DNA of 42,047 nucleotides, taken from positions 1-42,047 of the forward strand of contig JBKJLC010000093.1 in assembly GCA_046597055.1 (NCBI GenBank), given 5' to 3'. Source of the DNA: Kofleriaceae bacterium. GTDB taxonomy: Bacteria; Myxococcota_A; Polyangia; Haliangiales; Haliangiaceae. The position numbers and the translations under genes are program-made. Below the pieces are notes generated by a model. It was not told where the DNA came from, did not search any database, and saw only the letters and a program-made list of their open reading frames with translations. This document shows, piece by piece, positions 9,082 through 18,582 of the stretch (within the stretch, counting starts at the first letter, position 1; each line of letters starts with the position of its first letter).

Positions 9082-9759
9082 GTGCGCATCCTGGTGGTCG
9101 AAGACGAAGCCGCCCTCCGCGAGGGCCTGATCGACCTCCTGGAGGGCGATGGTCACGCGGTCACCGCGGTCGCCGACGGCGCCGCCGGCGCGGCCACCGG
9201 GACCGCCGAGGCGTGGGACCTGGTGGTGCTCGACCTGATGTTGCCGCGGATGAACGGGATGGACGTGTGCCGGCGGCTGCGCGCGGCTCGGCCGGGCATG
9301 CCGATCCTGATGCTGACCGCGCGCGGCAGCGAGGACGACAAGGTCCGCGGGCTCGGCGAAGGCGCCGACGACTACGTGACCAAGCCGTTCTCGGCGCGCG
9401 AGCTGCTCGCCCGGGTCCGCGCGCTCGGGCGGCGGGCGCCGGCCGAGGTCGCCGAGCACCTCGACGTCGACGGCGCGGTGCTCGACTTCGGGCGGCTCAC
9501 CGTGCGCCGTGACGACACCACCACGCCGCTCACCCCGCGCGAGGTCGGGCTCCTGCGCTGGCTGCACCGGCAGAAGGGCCGGGCGGTGTCGCGCGGCGAG
9601 ATCCTCGAGCAGGTGTTCGGCCAGCGCGGCGACCTGCACACCCGGGCGGTCGACATGGCGATCGTCGTGCTGCGCAAGAAGGTCGAGCGCGACCCGGCCC
9701 ACCCGCGCATCATCGTGTCGGTGAAGGGCACCGGCTACGCGTGGGGCGACCTGGCGTGA
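9082..9759 (+). CDS. OmpR/PhoB-family response regulator
   Basis: RILVVEDE, LDLMLP, LTARG, GADDYVTKPF, then a winged helix (LTPRE...RAVDMAI...VKGTGY). Confidence 0.95.
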   Translation: MRILVVEDEAALREGLIDLLEGDGHAVTAVADGAAGAATGTAEAWDLVVLDLMLPRMNGMDVCRRLRAARPGMPILMLTARGSEDDKVRGLGEGADDYVTKPFSARELLARVRALGRRAPAEVAEHLDVDGAVLDFGRLTVRRDDTTTPLTPREVGLLRWLHRQKGRAVSRGEILEQVFGQRGDLHTRAVDMAIVVLRKKVERDPAHPRIIVSVKGTGYAWGDLA

Positions 9760-11738
9760 TCTCGTACCGCACGTTGATCGCGGCGCTGCTGGTCACCGGC
9801 GCGCTGGCCGCGGTGCTGCTGGGCTGGTACGGCAGCGGCTGGCGGGCGGTCGAGCGCGAGGAGCGCGCGCTGGTGATGGCGGCGCGCGCCGAGGCCGAGG
9901 ACAGCGCGGCCGAGCTGGCCGCGTCGCTGGCGGCGGCGCTCGAGCAGCTGCGGGTCGACGAGTCGGCGCGCCCGTACTTCCACTACCAGAACCTGTTCCA
10001 CGATCCGCGCGGCGCCAGCGAGAGCCCGAGCGTGGCGCCGTCGCCGCTCGCCAGTGGGCCCGGCGACCCGCTGGTCGCGGTCCACTTCCAGATCGACGGG
10101 GCCGGCGCGATCACGTCGCCGACCGACAACGCGTGGGTGCCGGAGACCGCCAACCCGGCGGCCGTCGACCGGGTGGTGCTCGCCGATCTGGGCCGCATCA
10201 AGCCCGAGCTGATGCAGCCCCCCGATCCGGTGCAGGTCGCGATGGCGACCCCGCTCGCGCCGGTGGTGCCGGACCCCAAGACGGCGTCGATCGACGGCAA
10301 GCGCGACCCGGAGAAGGGCCCGCTCTTCGACGACAAGCCGCGACCGAAGTCGTCCAAGGCGCGGGCCCAGGTGAAGGAGCCCGAGCCGCAGGTCGTGGTG
10401 CTCGACCCCGACGCCTACGCCCAGAACCGCCAGGCCAACGACGTGTTCGTGAAGGCCAAGAACGCCAAGCGAGCGCCCCCGGCGCCGTCGCAAGACGTGA
10501 TGCAGCAACCGCAGGCCGTGGCTCCGATCGAGCAGGTGCCGCAAGCGCTCGAACTGCCCGACGAGCTGCCGCCACCGCCCGACCAGTCGACGGCAACCGC
10601 GCCGGCGAGCCGGCGGCGACCGCCGAGCCCGCGGCCGGTGCCGACCGCGGTGACGATCACGGTGTCCCCGCTGGCCTGGCGAGCGACGACGGTCGGCGGT
10701 CAGCCGGCGATGGTCGCGGTGCGCCGGGTCACCACCCCCGACGGCACGCTCACCCAGGGGCTGGTCGTGTCGGCCCGGCAGGCCCGCGTCTGGCTGGCCG
10801 ACCGCGCGCCCGAGGCCAGCCTGCTCACCGCCGCCCCGGCCGACCCGGCCGCGGCGCACATCGCGGCCGCGCAGCTCCCGCTCGGGGGCGCGGCGTGGTG
10901 GGTCGGGCTCGACGACCGCAGCGGGCAGGCGGCGGCGGCGCGCGCGGGGGCCGCGCTCGAGCGCGGGTTTCTCGGCCGCTTCATCCCGATCGCGATCCTC
11001 GCCGCGGTGTGCGCCGCGCTGGTCGTGGCGCTGACCGCGCACGCGGAGCAGCTGGCGCGCCAGCGGGCCCGCTTCGCTGCGGCCGCGGCGCACGAGCTCC
11101 GCACGCCGCTCGCCGGCATCCAGCTCTACGGCGACATGCTGGTCGACGGCCTGGGCGATCCGACCAAGAAGCAGGACTACGCCCGGCGGGTCGCCGAGGA
11201 GGCCTCGCGCCTGGGCCGGGTGGTCGCCAACGTGCTCGGCTTCTCGCAGCTCGAGCGGCGGAGCCTCGCGGTCCGGGCCGAGCCCGGCGATCTGGTGGCC
11301 GCGGTCCAGGGCGTGATCGAGCGCGCCGAGCCCGGGCTGACCCGCGCCGGCGCCACCGTCGAGCTCGCCGCCCCGGCGACGGTCACGGCCCGCTTCGATC
11401 GCGACGCGCTGACCCGCATCGTCGGCAACCTGCTCGACAACGCCGACAAGTACAGCCGCGATCACGCGGACCGCCGGATCACCGTGCGCGTGCGCGCCGT
11501 CGGCACCAGCGCCGAGGTCGAGGTGATCGATCGCGGCCCTGGTCTACCGGCCTCGATGCGCCGCCGCCGCTTCCGGCCGTTCGCCCGCGGCACCGGCGAC
11601 GACGGCCCGCCTGGCCTCGGCCTGGGGCTGGCGCTGTCGCAGTCGCTCGCGCGCGCCATGGGCGGCGACCTCGCCTGGCGCGATCAGTCGCCGGGCGCGG
11701 CGTTCGTCCTCACGCTACCGGCGGGCTCTCGGCATTGA
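9756..11738 (+). CDS. Membrane sensor histidine kinase
   Basis: Two TM segments, AHELRTPL, NLLDNA.KY, DRGPG, GLGLGL. GTGA overlap with the regulator. Confidence 0.93.
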   Translation: MISYRTLIAALLVTGALAAVLLGWYGSGWRAVEREERALVMAARAEAEDSAAELAASLAAALEQLRVDESARPYFHYQNLFHDPRGASESPSVAPSPLASGPGDPLVAVHFQIDGAGAITSPTDNAWVPETANPAAVDRVVLADLGRIKPELMQPPDPVQVAMATPLAPVVPDPKTASIDGKRDPEKGPLFDDKPRPKSSKARAQVKEPEPQVVVLDPDAYAQNRQANDVFVKAKNAKRAPPAPSQDVMQQPQAVAPIEQVPQALELPDELPPPPDQSTATAPASRRRPPSPRPVPTAVTITVSPLAWRATTVGGQPAMVAVRRVTTPDGTLTQGLVVSARQARVWLADRAPEASLLTAAPADPAAAHIAAAQLPLGGAAWWVGLDDRSGQAAAARAGAALERGFLGRFIPIAILAAVCAALVVALTAHAEQLARQRARFAAAAAHELRTPLAGIQLYGDMLVDGLGDPTKKQDYARRVAEEASRLGRVVANVLGFSQLERRSLAVRAEPGDLVAAVQGVIERAEPGLTRAGATVELAAPATVTARFDRDALTRIVGNLLDNADKYSRDHADRRITVRVRAVGTSAEVEVIDRGPGLPASMRRRRFRPFARGTGDDGPPGLGLGLALSQSLARAMGGDLAWRDQSPGAAFVLTLPAGSRH

Positions 11739-11768
11739 TCACAACTCGCCAGGTGACCGAGAGCGTTG

Positions 11769-11829
11769 CCTTTCCCGGTGGCCCTTCGACACGGCGCCTG
11801 CGGCGCCGGCTCAGGGCCACCGGGAAAGG
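11769..11829. repeat. REP/RIME-like palindromic element with perfect 17-bp inverted arms
   Basis: CCTTTCCCGGTGGCCCT (11769-11785) and AGGGCCACCGGGAAAGG (11813-11829) enclose TCGAC...GGCGCC-TGC-GGCGCC...GCTC. Sits between convergent genes. Confidence 0.75.
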
Positions 11830-11895
11830 GTGAGCACTTCCGATCACATGAAGACTTGGGATCAATCCTGAGACCGGCGGGCTAGTCCGAGCTGG

Positions 11896-12252
11896 CTAGT
11901 CCTTCACGCTCTCCAGGACGACCAGGTAGACGAGCGCGTCGAGCAGGATCAGCGGTGCGGCGTAGTACGGGAACATGGTGGCCAGGTCGCTGTCGGGATC
12001 GGCGTCGGCCTGGCCGTGGACCGCGGCCACGCTGCCGGCGAGGAGGACGTCGCCGACCAGGCCGAGGCCGACGGTGCTGATGATGCTGCCGTGCTTGGTC
12101 GGCTCGGCGAGCTCCATCTGTAGCGCCACGTTCATGCAGCCGGGCGTGGTCGCGACCAGCAGCGCCACCGCCACGGCCGTGGCTCGAGACCGCGCGTGAT
12201 CCGGTCGCAGCGAGGCGACGCTGCGCCGAGACGAAGGACGACGGCTGAGCAT
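11896..12252 (-). CDS. Small hypothetical membrane/lipoprotein (start uncertain)
   Basis: AVAVALLVATTPGC followed by two hydrophobic segments; coding-like codon usage in the 3' two-thirds. Confidence 0.55.
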   Translation of the reverse strand: MLSRRPSSRRSVASLRPDHARSRATAVAVALLVATTPGCMNVALQMELAEPTKHGSIISTVGLGLVGDVLLAGSVAAVHGQADADPDSDLATMFPYYAAPLILLDALVYLVVLESVKD

Positions 12253-12356
12253 CCGGTCATCATGCGCGCGGTGCGCGCTGAGGTCACGCGCCGGACCGGC
12301 CAGCGCTCGTGCATGCGGCGTGGCGGGCGGGCGCGGGCCCGCTATCCTGTCGCCCG

Positions 12357-13034
12357 ATGCTCGCCACGCTCGACGCCCTGGTGGCTCGCGCCCGTCGCTC
12401 CCGCGCGGCCACGCTGGCGATCATCAACCTGCGCATCCTGATCGGGTTCGCGTTCGTGCCAGCCGGCCTGAAGAAGCTGCTGGCCGAACCGTTCACCGAC
12501 CCGGGCAACGCCGGTCGCTTCCACGACTTCCTCCACGCCTTTCACGGCACCGGTGGCTTCTACCGGTTCGTCGGCATCATGCAGCTCGCGGTGGCGGTGC
12601 TGCTGTCGACCCAGCGGTTCGCGACCGCTGGCGCCGCCCTCGCGCTGCCCATCGTGACCGCGATCTGCGTCTTCTGCTGGAGCACGGCGGTGTATCCGAC
12701 CGCGGTCGTGGTCACGCTCATGCTCGGCGCCGTCGCGCTGCTCCTGCTCTGGGACCTCGGCCGGTGGCGCGGGTTGTTCCTGCCGGACGGCGCCGCGGCC
12801 ACGGTGACCGTCGCGCCGACGGCCCCGGTCGATCGCCGGCTGTGGGCGCTGTGCGGCCTGGCCGTGCTCGGGCTCTACCTCCTCGTCTGTGCGCTGCACG
12901 GCGGCGTCTATCGACCGCGCGGCGCGCGTCCCGACCAGCTCGCGTTCTACGTCATGCCGGCGATCGCGCTCATGCCGATCGTCACGCTGCTGATCGATCG
13001 CGCCCGCTACCGCCGGCGCGCAGTCACGGCGTGA
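12357..13034 (+). CDS. DoxX-family membrane protein
   Basis: LRILIGFAFVPAGLKKL...GFYRFVGIMQL; multiple TM helices; TATCCT 8 nt upstream of the ATG. Confidence 0.8.
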   Translation: MLATLDALVARARRSRAATLAIINLRILIGFAFVPAGLKKLLAEPFTDPGNAGRFHDFLHAFHGTGGFYRFVGIMQLAVAVLLSTQRFATAGAALALPIVTAICVFCWSTAVYPTAVVVTLMLGAVALLLLWDLGRWRGLFLPDGAAATVTVAPTAPVDRRLWALCGLAVLGLYLLVCALHGGVYRPRGARPDQLAFYVMPAIALMPIVTLLIDRARYRRRAVTA

Positions 13035-13206
13035 ACGCCGCGCCGGCGAGCAGCTGGCGGGCGCGCGCGAGATCCTCGCGCAGCTCGGCCTGGTAGCGCG
13101 GACGCAGCGCGTCGTCGACGCGCAGGATCAGCGCCTGGGCCGCGGCCGCACCGCCGGGACGATCCCGGCCGAAGCGCCCCCAGCGGTGGAGCGTCGCGCG
13201 CCCGAT

Positions 13207-14449
13207 CTATTCGACCGGCGCGGGCGCCGGCTCGGGCTCGGGAGCGGGCTCGGGGGCGGGGCAGGCCTCGGCGAAGTCAGCGCAGCAGTCGCCGAGCTCG
13301 GTGCAGGTGGCGTCGCAGTAGCAGGCCGTGCCGTCCCGGATTGCTGTCGAAGCCCCCGCAGAGGCCCTCGCACGACAGCGGCGGCGGCGGCTCGACGCAG
13401 CCGAGCGCCCCGGTCTCGTCGACGCCGCAGGTGAGGCCCAGCTGGCTGCAGTCGGTGGTCAGCGGGCGGTAGCCGCCCTCGTCGGGCGTGGCGCAGCGGG
13501 ACACGGTGTCGCCGAGGCACTGGCCGGCGGTCGGGATCAGCGGGCAGGCCAGCTCACGCTCGATGAACGTGCGGGTGGCCGGGCCGAACACGCTGAACAC
13601 CCCGCCGAGGTCGCAGATCAGCTTCTCGCTGGAGACGCCGCCGGAGACCACGCCGTAGCTGGTGAAGGTGGTCCCGGTCGCACGCAGGATCGGTCCGCCC
13701 GAGTCGCCATAACAATCCTGGGCATCGCCCTTGCGACCGCCGAAGTGCGCCTCGTGCTCGTCGAGCAGGTCGGCCGCGGCGTGGAGCAGCTCCGGGGTCG
13801 GCCACTCCTCCTTCACCCACCCGGCCATGCCGGCGTAGTGCGGGCGAAACTGCTCGAGATCGCCGAACAGGTAGTCGAGGAAGTTGCCGCCGACACCGTT
13901 GAAGGTCTCGCTGCCGAGGAAGCGCGTGCCGGACTTGCCGTTGTTGTCCTGGTATCCGTAGCCCATCGCGATCAACCGCTTGCCGACCATGCTCGGGTCG
14001 AGCGTGCCCAGCGCGACCGGCTGGATGTCGGTGACCGGCTCGGCGAGATGGACGATCGCGACGTCGGCGCCCAGGCCGACGAAGCCGCCGCTCAGGGTGT
14101 TCTCGAAGGCCGCGCCCAGCACCGGCACCGCGCGCTTGGGGGTCCGGGCGTCGGCGCCGATCAGGAACCGGGTTCCGGTCACGTTGCCGACGCAGTGCTC
14201 GGCGGTGATCACCGCGGTCGGCGAGATCAGCGTGGCCGTGCAGTACGGGTCCCAGGTGCCGCCCTCTGCGGGCACGCCGAGCGCGCCGACCGCGTCGAAC
14301 CGGGCGCTGACGGCCGGGAAGCCGCCGATGATGACACCCTCGTTGACGCCGACCTCGGGCGGGTCGCTGTCGGTACAGGCGGCGAGTCCGGTGACTGCCA
14401 TCGAGCCCGAGAGGAGTGCTGTCAGCGCCGAGCGAAACTGGGTCTTCAT
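13207..14449 (-). CDS. S1 (trypsin-like) serine protease lipoprotein with Cys-rich region and a frameshifted C-terminal somatomedin-B-like domain
   Basis: LAAC lipobox, IIGG, TAEHC, DVAIVHL, GDSGGP. As sequenced the ORF stops at 13277. Removing one base from the run at 13335-13337 gives ...CYCDATCTELGDCCADFAEAC...* ending at 13207. Confidence 0.88.
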
Positions 14450-14827
14450 ATGAACGGATCCTGTGGACGGTGGGGAGCGAAGGAGTGGAGAAGGAGCTTC
14501 GTTGTAGTCCCGTGCGGCGGGCGCGCGAAGCCTCACCGATGGAAACCACGGGTAAACCGCGGGCGCGCGGGCCATGGCCGTGACGGCCCGCACGCGTGGG
14601 CCGCGACGCCGGACGCGAATCGGGCGCCGCCGGGCGAAGCAGATCCGCAGTCGCGCCTGGCGGCTTCTGCCACTGTTCGCGGCGGTCCGCATGCACTGGC
14701 TCCCGCGCGCGTGAGCCGTCCTACCGGTTGCCGTCACTTGCCCGTAACCGCCCAGCGAGTCGGGTCGGACCGCACGCGGTACGTGCTACCGGTCGACGGT
14801 CGTCCTATTCAACGGAGCGCAATCCGC

Positions 14828-16072
14828 ATGTCCACCGCCTCGTCTTCGATCCGCCTCGCCACCATCCTGCTCGCCGCGGCCTCCGGCCTCGGCACCCTGG
14901 CCTGCACCGACGCCGGTCCCGATCTCGACGTCTCGGTCGAGGAGATCATCGGCGGCGTGTCGGCCCACAGCGCCAAGCTGAACGCGATCGGCGCGCTCGG
15001 CCTGGGCAACGCCCAGGACGGCTTCCGGCCGATCTGCACCGGCACGCTGATCACGCCGACCATCGTGCTCACCGCCGAGCACTGCGTCGACTTCATCGCG
15101 GACCCGGCGACCGAGCTGGTGTTCCTGATCGGCCCCGACTCGGCCCGGCCGATCCGCACGGTCCCCGTGCGCGGCGTGACCTGGGAGAAGAGCGTCGAGG
15201 GTGGCGCCATCGCGCTCGGCATCGACATCGCGGTCATGCACCTGGCCGAGCCGGTGACCAACATCGCCCTGATGCCCTATGCCCAGATCTCCACCGACCG
15301 GATCGACCAGCGCTTCGCCGGCATTGGCTACGGCCGCCAGAGCGCGGCGGGCGCCGACGGCACCCGCAAGGCCGGCTCGATGACGTTCCAGAGCCTCGGC
15401 GGGCGGGTCTACGAGTCGATCTACGGCACCTTCGAGGGGTTCCTCGCCGACGACGAGCGCTACGGCCTGGACTCCAGCCTCCCCGAGATCCTCGCGATGT
15501 TCAAGGAGGCATGGGACACCCACGTGCTGCTCGACGGCGAGGCCTGGTTCGGCAATGGCCAGTTCGACGCGCAGACCTGTCACGGCGACTCGGGCGGGCC
15601 GATCACCGCGCTGGTCAACGGCAAGACCACGGTGTTCGGCGTGGCGTCGTGGGTCAACTTCGTGGACGAGCGCAGGCTGTGCGAGCTGGGCGCTGCCTAC
15701 GCCACCCTCGAGCCGATCGCGCTCGACTTTCTCGCGTACGAGACCGCCTGCCCGTTGCTGCCGCGCGAGGGCACCTGCGACGGTGCCACTGCGGTGCGCT
15801 GCGTGCCGCCGGACGAGGGCGGCTACCGCGTGACCCGCACCGACTGCAGCACGCTCGGTCAGATCTGTGATCTCGACGAGACCGGCGCGGCCGCCTGCGT
15901 CGACGATCCGTGCGAGGGCATCTCGACCGAGGGCGTCTGCGCCGGCACGGTCGCGACCCGCTGCACCCGGCCGGAGGAGGGCCCCCGGCGCCTGGTCTCG
16001 ACCGACTGCGCCGAGCTCGGCAGCACCTGCGGCGTCGAGAACGGCGAGGTCGCCTGCGTCGATCCCGAGTAG
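14828..16072 (+). CDS. S1 (trypsin-like) serine protease lipoprotein with two Cys-rich repeats
   Basis: TLAC lipobox, IIGG, TAEHC, DIAVMHL, GDSGGP; two repeats of EG.C.G..A.RC..P.EG......DC..LG..C. Confidence 0.92.
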   Translation: MSTASSSIRLATILLAAASGLGTLACTDAGPDLDVSVEEIIGGVSAHSAKLNAIGALGLGNAQDGFRPICTGTLITPTIVLTAEHCVDFIADPATELVFLIGPDSARPIRTVPVRGVTWEKSVEGGAIALGIDIAVMHLAEPVTNIALMPYAQISTDRIDQRFAGIGYGRQSAAGADGTRKAGSMTFQSLGGRVYESIYGTFEGFLADDERYGLDSSLPEILAMFKEAWDTHVLLDGEAWFGNGQFDAQTCHGDSGGPITALVNGKTTVFGVASWVNFVDERRLCELGAAYATLEPIALDFLAYETACPLLPREGTCDGATAVRCVPPDEGGYRVTRTDCSTLGQICDLDETGAAACVDDPCEGISTEGVCAGTVATRCTRPEEGPRRLVSTDCAELGSTCGVENGEVACVDPE

Positions 16073-16123
16073 CCCGCGGGTAGGCCCGGTCGGCCCCGGG
16101 GGCGGCCGCCGAGTCGGCGGCGG

Positions 16124-17209
16124 TCAGCGGGCGGCGGGCGCCGGCGCGATCTCGCGGCCGCACACGTGCACGACGTAGCTGGCGGGCAGCGCGGTCGAGC
16201 GCCGCGAGCCACCGATCCAGAGCCAGTACTGGGTCGAGGGCCGCACCGCGGTCAGCAAGAGCTCGTCGCCGACCAGCGCCCGGGTCGGCGTGCCCATCGG
16301 CTCGGTCACGGTGTTGGCCTCGAACACCAGCAGGTCGAGATCGTTGCCGTCGCCCGGCCACACCGCGCGGAGGTCGAGCTGGTTGGTGGTCGCGCCGGTG
16401 TAGAGCGCGAAGGTGTCGCGGTCGCGGTAGTCGTCGCCGGTCGTGGTCACGGCCGCCGACAGGCCGGCGATCGCGATCCGACCGTTGGCCGAGACCGCCC
16501 GCGAGATCTCGTCGGCGGTGTCGGCGCCGCTGGTGAGCGCGGCCCGCAGCGTGGGCAGCTGCCAGACGTCGAGCACGTCGTTGCGGCGGTGGCCGGCGGC
16601 GATCTCGTCGAGCTCGGTGTGGGTCGCCGGGCTGGTCACCGCCGGGCACCGCAGGTCGGGCTGGTCGGCATAGACCTCGACCCGGTACGGCACGTCGGCG
16701 GCCACCGGGGTTCCGCCGGCCTCGACCGCCAGGGTGTACGCGCCGGACGGCAGCACCAGCGCGGTGACCGCGTGGCCGGCGCGAAAGCGCGCGACCGTGA
16801 CCAGGGTCTCGTCGGCGTCGCGCACGATCAGCTCGAGCCGCGCCAGCTGCCCGCCGAGCAGGGCGGTCAGGCGGACCACCACCGGGCCGCCCTCGGCGAC
16901 CGTCACCTGATAGCGGTCGACGTCGACCACCGAGCCGCCGGCGTGGCCGTCGTCGACCGACCCGCAGATCGCGATCCGGGCGCCCCCGTAGCCGAGCCCG
17001 GTTGCCTCGGCGACGGCGCCGTTGCCGAGGTCATCACGCTCGGCGTGGCAGTCGCCCGCGCCGCCGTCCCCGGTGCGGCCGTCGGGGAACAGCGCGCCGT
17101 CGGCCATGCCTCCCACGTCATCGCCCCCGCAGCCAACCACGAGCACGCCGGCCAGGCCCAGCAGGCACAGCCGGCGCTGCGGTGGGGCGGCGTGAGCCAC
17201 GGGCGACAT
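16124..17209 (-). CDS. Lipoprotein with two PPC-like (pre-peptidase C-terminal) beta domains
   Basis: VVGC lipobox; DVDRYQV...LPSGAYTLAV and DRDTFAL...DLDLLVF...TQYWLWIG. Confidence 0.65.
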   Translation of the reverse strand: MSPVAHAAPPQRRLCLLGLAGVLVVGCGGDDVGGMADGALFPDGRTGDGGAGDCHAERDDLGNGAVAEATGLGYGGARIAICGSVDDGHAGGSVVDVDRYQVTVAEGGPVVVRLTALLGGQLARLELIVRDADETLVTVARFRAGHAVTALVLPSGAYTLAVEAGGTPVAADVPYRVEVYADQPDLRCPAVTSPATHTELDEIAAGHRRNDVLDVWQLPTLRAALTSGADTADEISRAVSANGRIAIAGLSAAVTTTGDDYRDRDTFALYTGATTNQLDLRAVWPGDGNDLDLLVFEANTVTEPMGTPTRALVGDELLLTAVRPSTQYWLWIGGSRRSTALPASYVVHVCGREIAPAPAAR

Positions 17210-17342
17210 CGGTGATCGCCCAAGCTACCGGCGGCGGTTGCCACTGTCCAGCCAGGGTCATCGCCGGTGCGATCTGGCGCACGGCGAAGAACTCGCCTCA
17301 CCCTCGGCCTGCTTCGGGGGCGTGTGGGTATACTCACCTTGC

Positions 17343-18575
17343 ATGACGCGGGTCGTCTTCTTGCTCGCGCTCGCCTCGGGACTCGGGGTTGCGGCCGGGC
17401 CGACCGCGGCCGAGCCGCCAGAGGTCGGTGGGTTCCTCGGGCCGCGCCTGTTCGCCAGCGACTCGCGCCTGGGCGACAACCCGGAGCACCCCGAGCTCGA
17501 GACCTCGCTGTCGAACTCGGTGGTCGTCGGTGGTCGGCTGTCGGTGCCGGTCACCCCGTGGCTGGTCCCGGAGGTCGAGCTGGTGCTCTCGCCGGCCACC
17601 ACGCGCGAGCGCGACGTGTCGGTCTTCTGGTTCGAGCCGCGGGCCCATGCGCGCCTGCAGTGGTCGCAGGGCCGGCTGCGCCCGTTCATCGTCATCGGCG
17701 CCGGGATGCCGGTCGTGCTGTCGTCGAGGCGCGGCATCTATCCAGGCGGGCTCACCGGCGAGGGCTACGGCGGCGGCGGGTTGCTGTGGGCGCCGTCGCG
17801 CGGGCTGTCACTCCGGCTCGACGCCCGCCTCGCGGTGGCCCCGGCCCGGATCGAGCCCGAGCAGAGCCCGGTCACGGTCGAGGGCGAGATCACGGTCGGC
17901 GTGTGGTTCCCGGTTGGTGGCAGTGACGCCAGGCGGGCCCGCGACGGCAACCGACCCGCGCCGCCGGCCGATCGCGACGGCGACGGCTACCTCGACCGAG
18001 ACGACACCTGCCCCGACCGCGGCGAGGACCACGACGGCTTCGACGACAAGGACGGCTGCCCCGACATCGACAACGACGGCGACCAGGTGCTCGACCTCGC
18101 CGACAAGTGCGCGAACGTCGCCGAGCAGTACAACGGCTTCGAGGACGACGACGGTTGCCCCGATACGGTCTCGCCCGACGTCGACCTCATCATCGGGACC
18201 ATCGAGGGCCTGCTCTACCGCGACGGCGGGACCGACGTGCCCGCCGCCGCCTCGGTGGGGCTCGACCGGATCGCCGAGGTGCTGCGCCGGCATCCGTCGG
18301 TGCGCCTGCTCCTGATCGGCCACACGGACGACCGCGAGGCCAAGGCCGCGCCCGCCGCCGGGGCCGAGCCGGCCGAGCCCGACGAGCGCGCCCGCGAGCT
18401 CGGCCTGACCCGCGCGACCGCGGTCCGCGACGCTCTGGTCTCCCGCGGCTTCAGCCGCGGCCGCTTCATCCTCCAGAGCGAGGGCGAGGCCCAGCCGGTC
18501 TCCGAGAACGACGCCAACCGGGGGCGCCTGCGCAACCGCCGGGTCGAGGTCAAGCTGTTCGTCCCCAAGCGGTGA
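17343..18575 (+). CDS. OmpA-family protein: beta-barrel, thrombospondin type-3 Ca-binding repeats, OmpA C-domain
   Basis: DRDGDGYLDRDDTCP, EDHDGFDDKDGCPDIDNDGD, GHTDD, NRRVE. Confidence 0.9.
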   Translation: MTRVVFLLALASGLGVAAGPTAAEPPEVGGFLGPRLFASDSRLGDNPEHPELETSLSNSVVVGGRLSVPVTPWLVPEVELVLSPATTRERDVSVFWFEPRAHARLQWSQGRLRPFIVIGAGMPVVLSSRRGIYPGGLTGEGYGGGGLLWAPSRGLSLRLDARLAVAPARIEPEQSPVTVEGEITVGVWFPVGGSDARRARDGNRPAPPADRDGDGYLDRDDTCPDRGEDHDGFDDKDGCPDIDNDGDQVLDLADKCANVAEQYNGFEDDDGCPDTVSPDVDLIIGTIEGLLYRDGGTDVPAAASVGLDRIAEVLRRHPSVRLLLIGHTDDREAKAAPAAGAEPAEPDERARELGLTRATAVRDALVSRGFSRGRFILQSEGEAQPVSENDANRGRLRNRRVEVKLFVPKR

Positions 18576-18582
18576 GGACCTG

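Noticed and set aside
14450..14827. ncRNA or small gene between the divergent proteases
   Set aside because: Only short GC-rich stems and brief repeats (e.g. CTACCGGT twice); no recognisable RNA family or codon-biased ORF.
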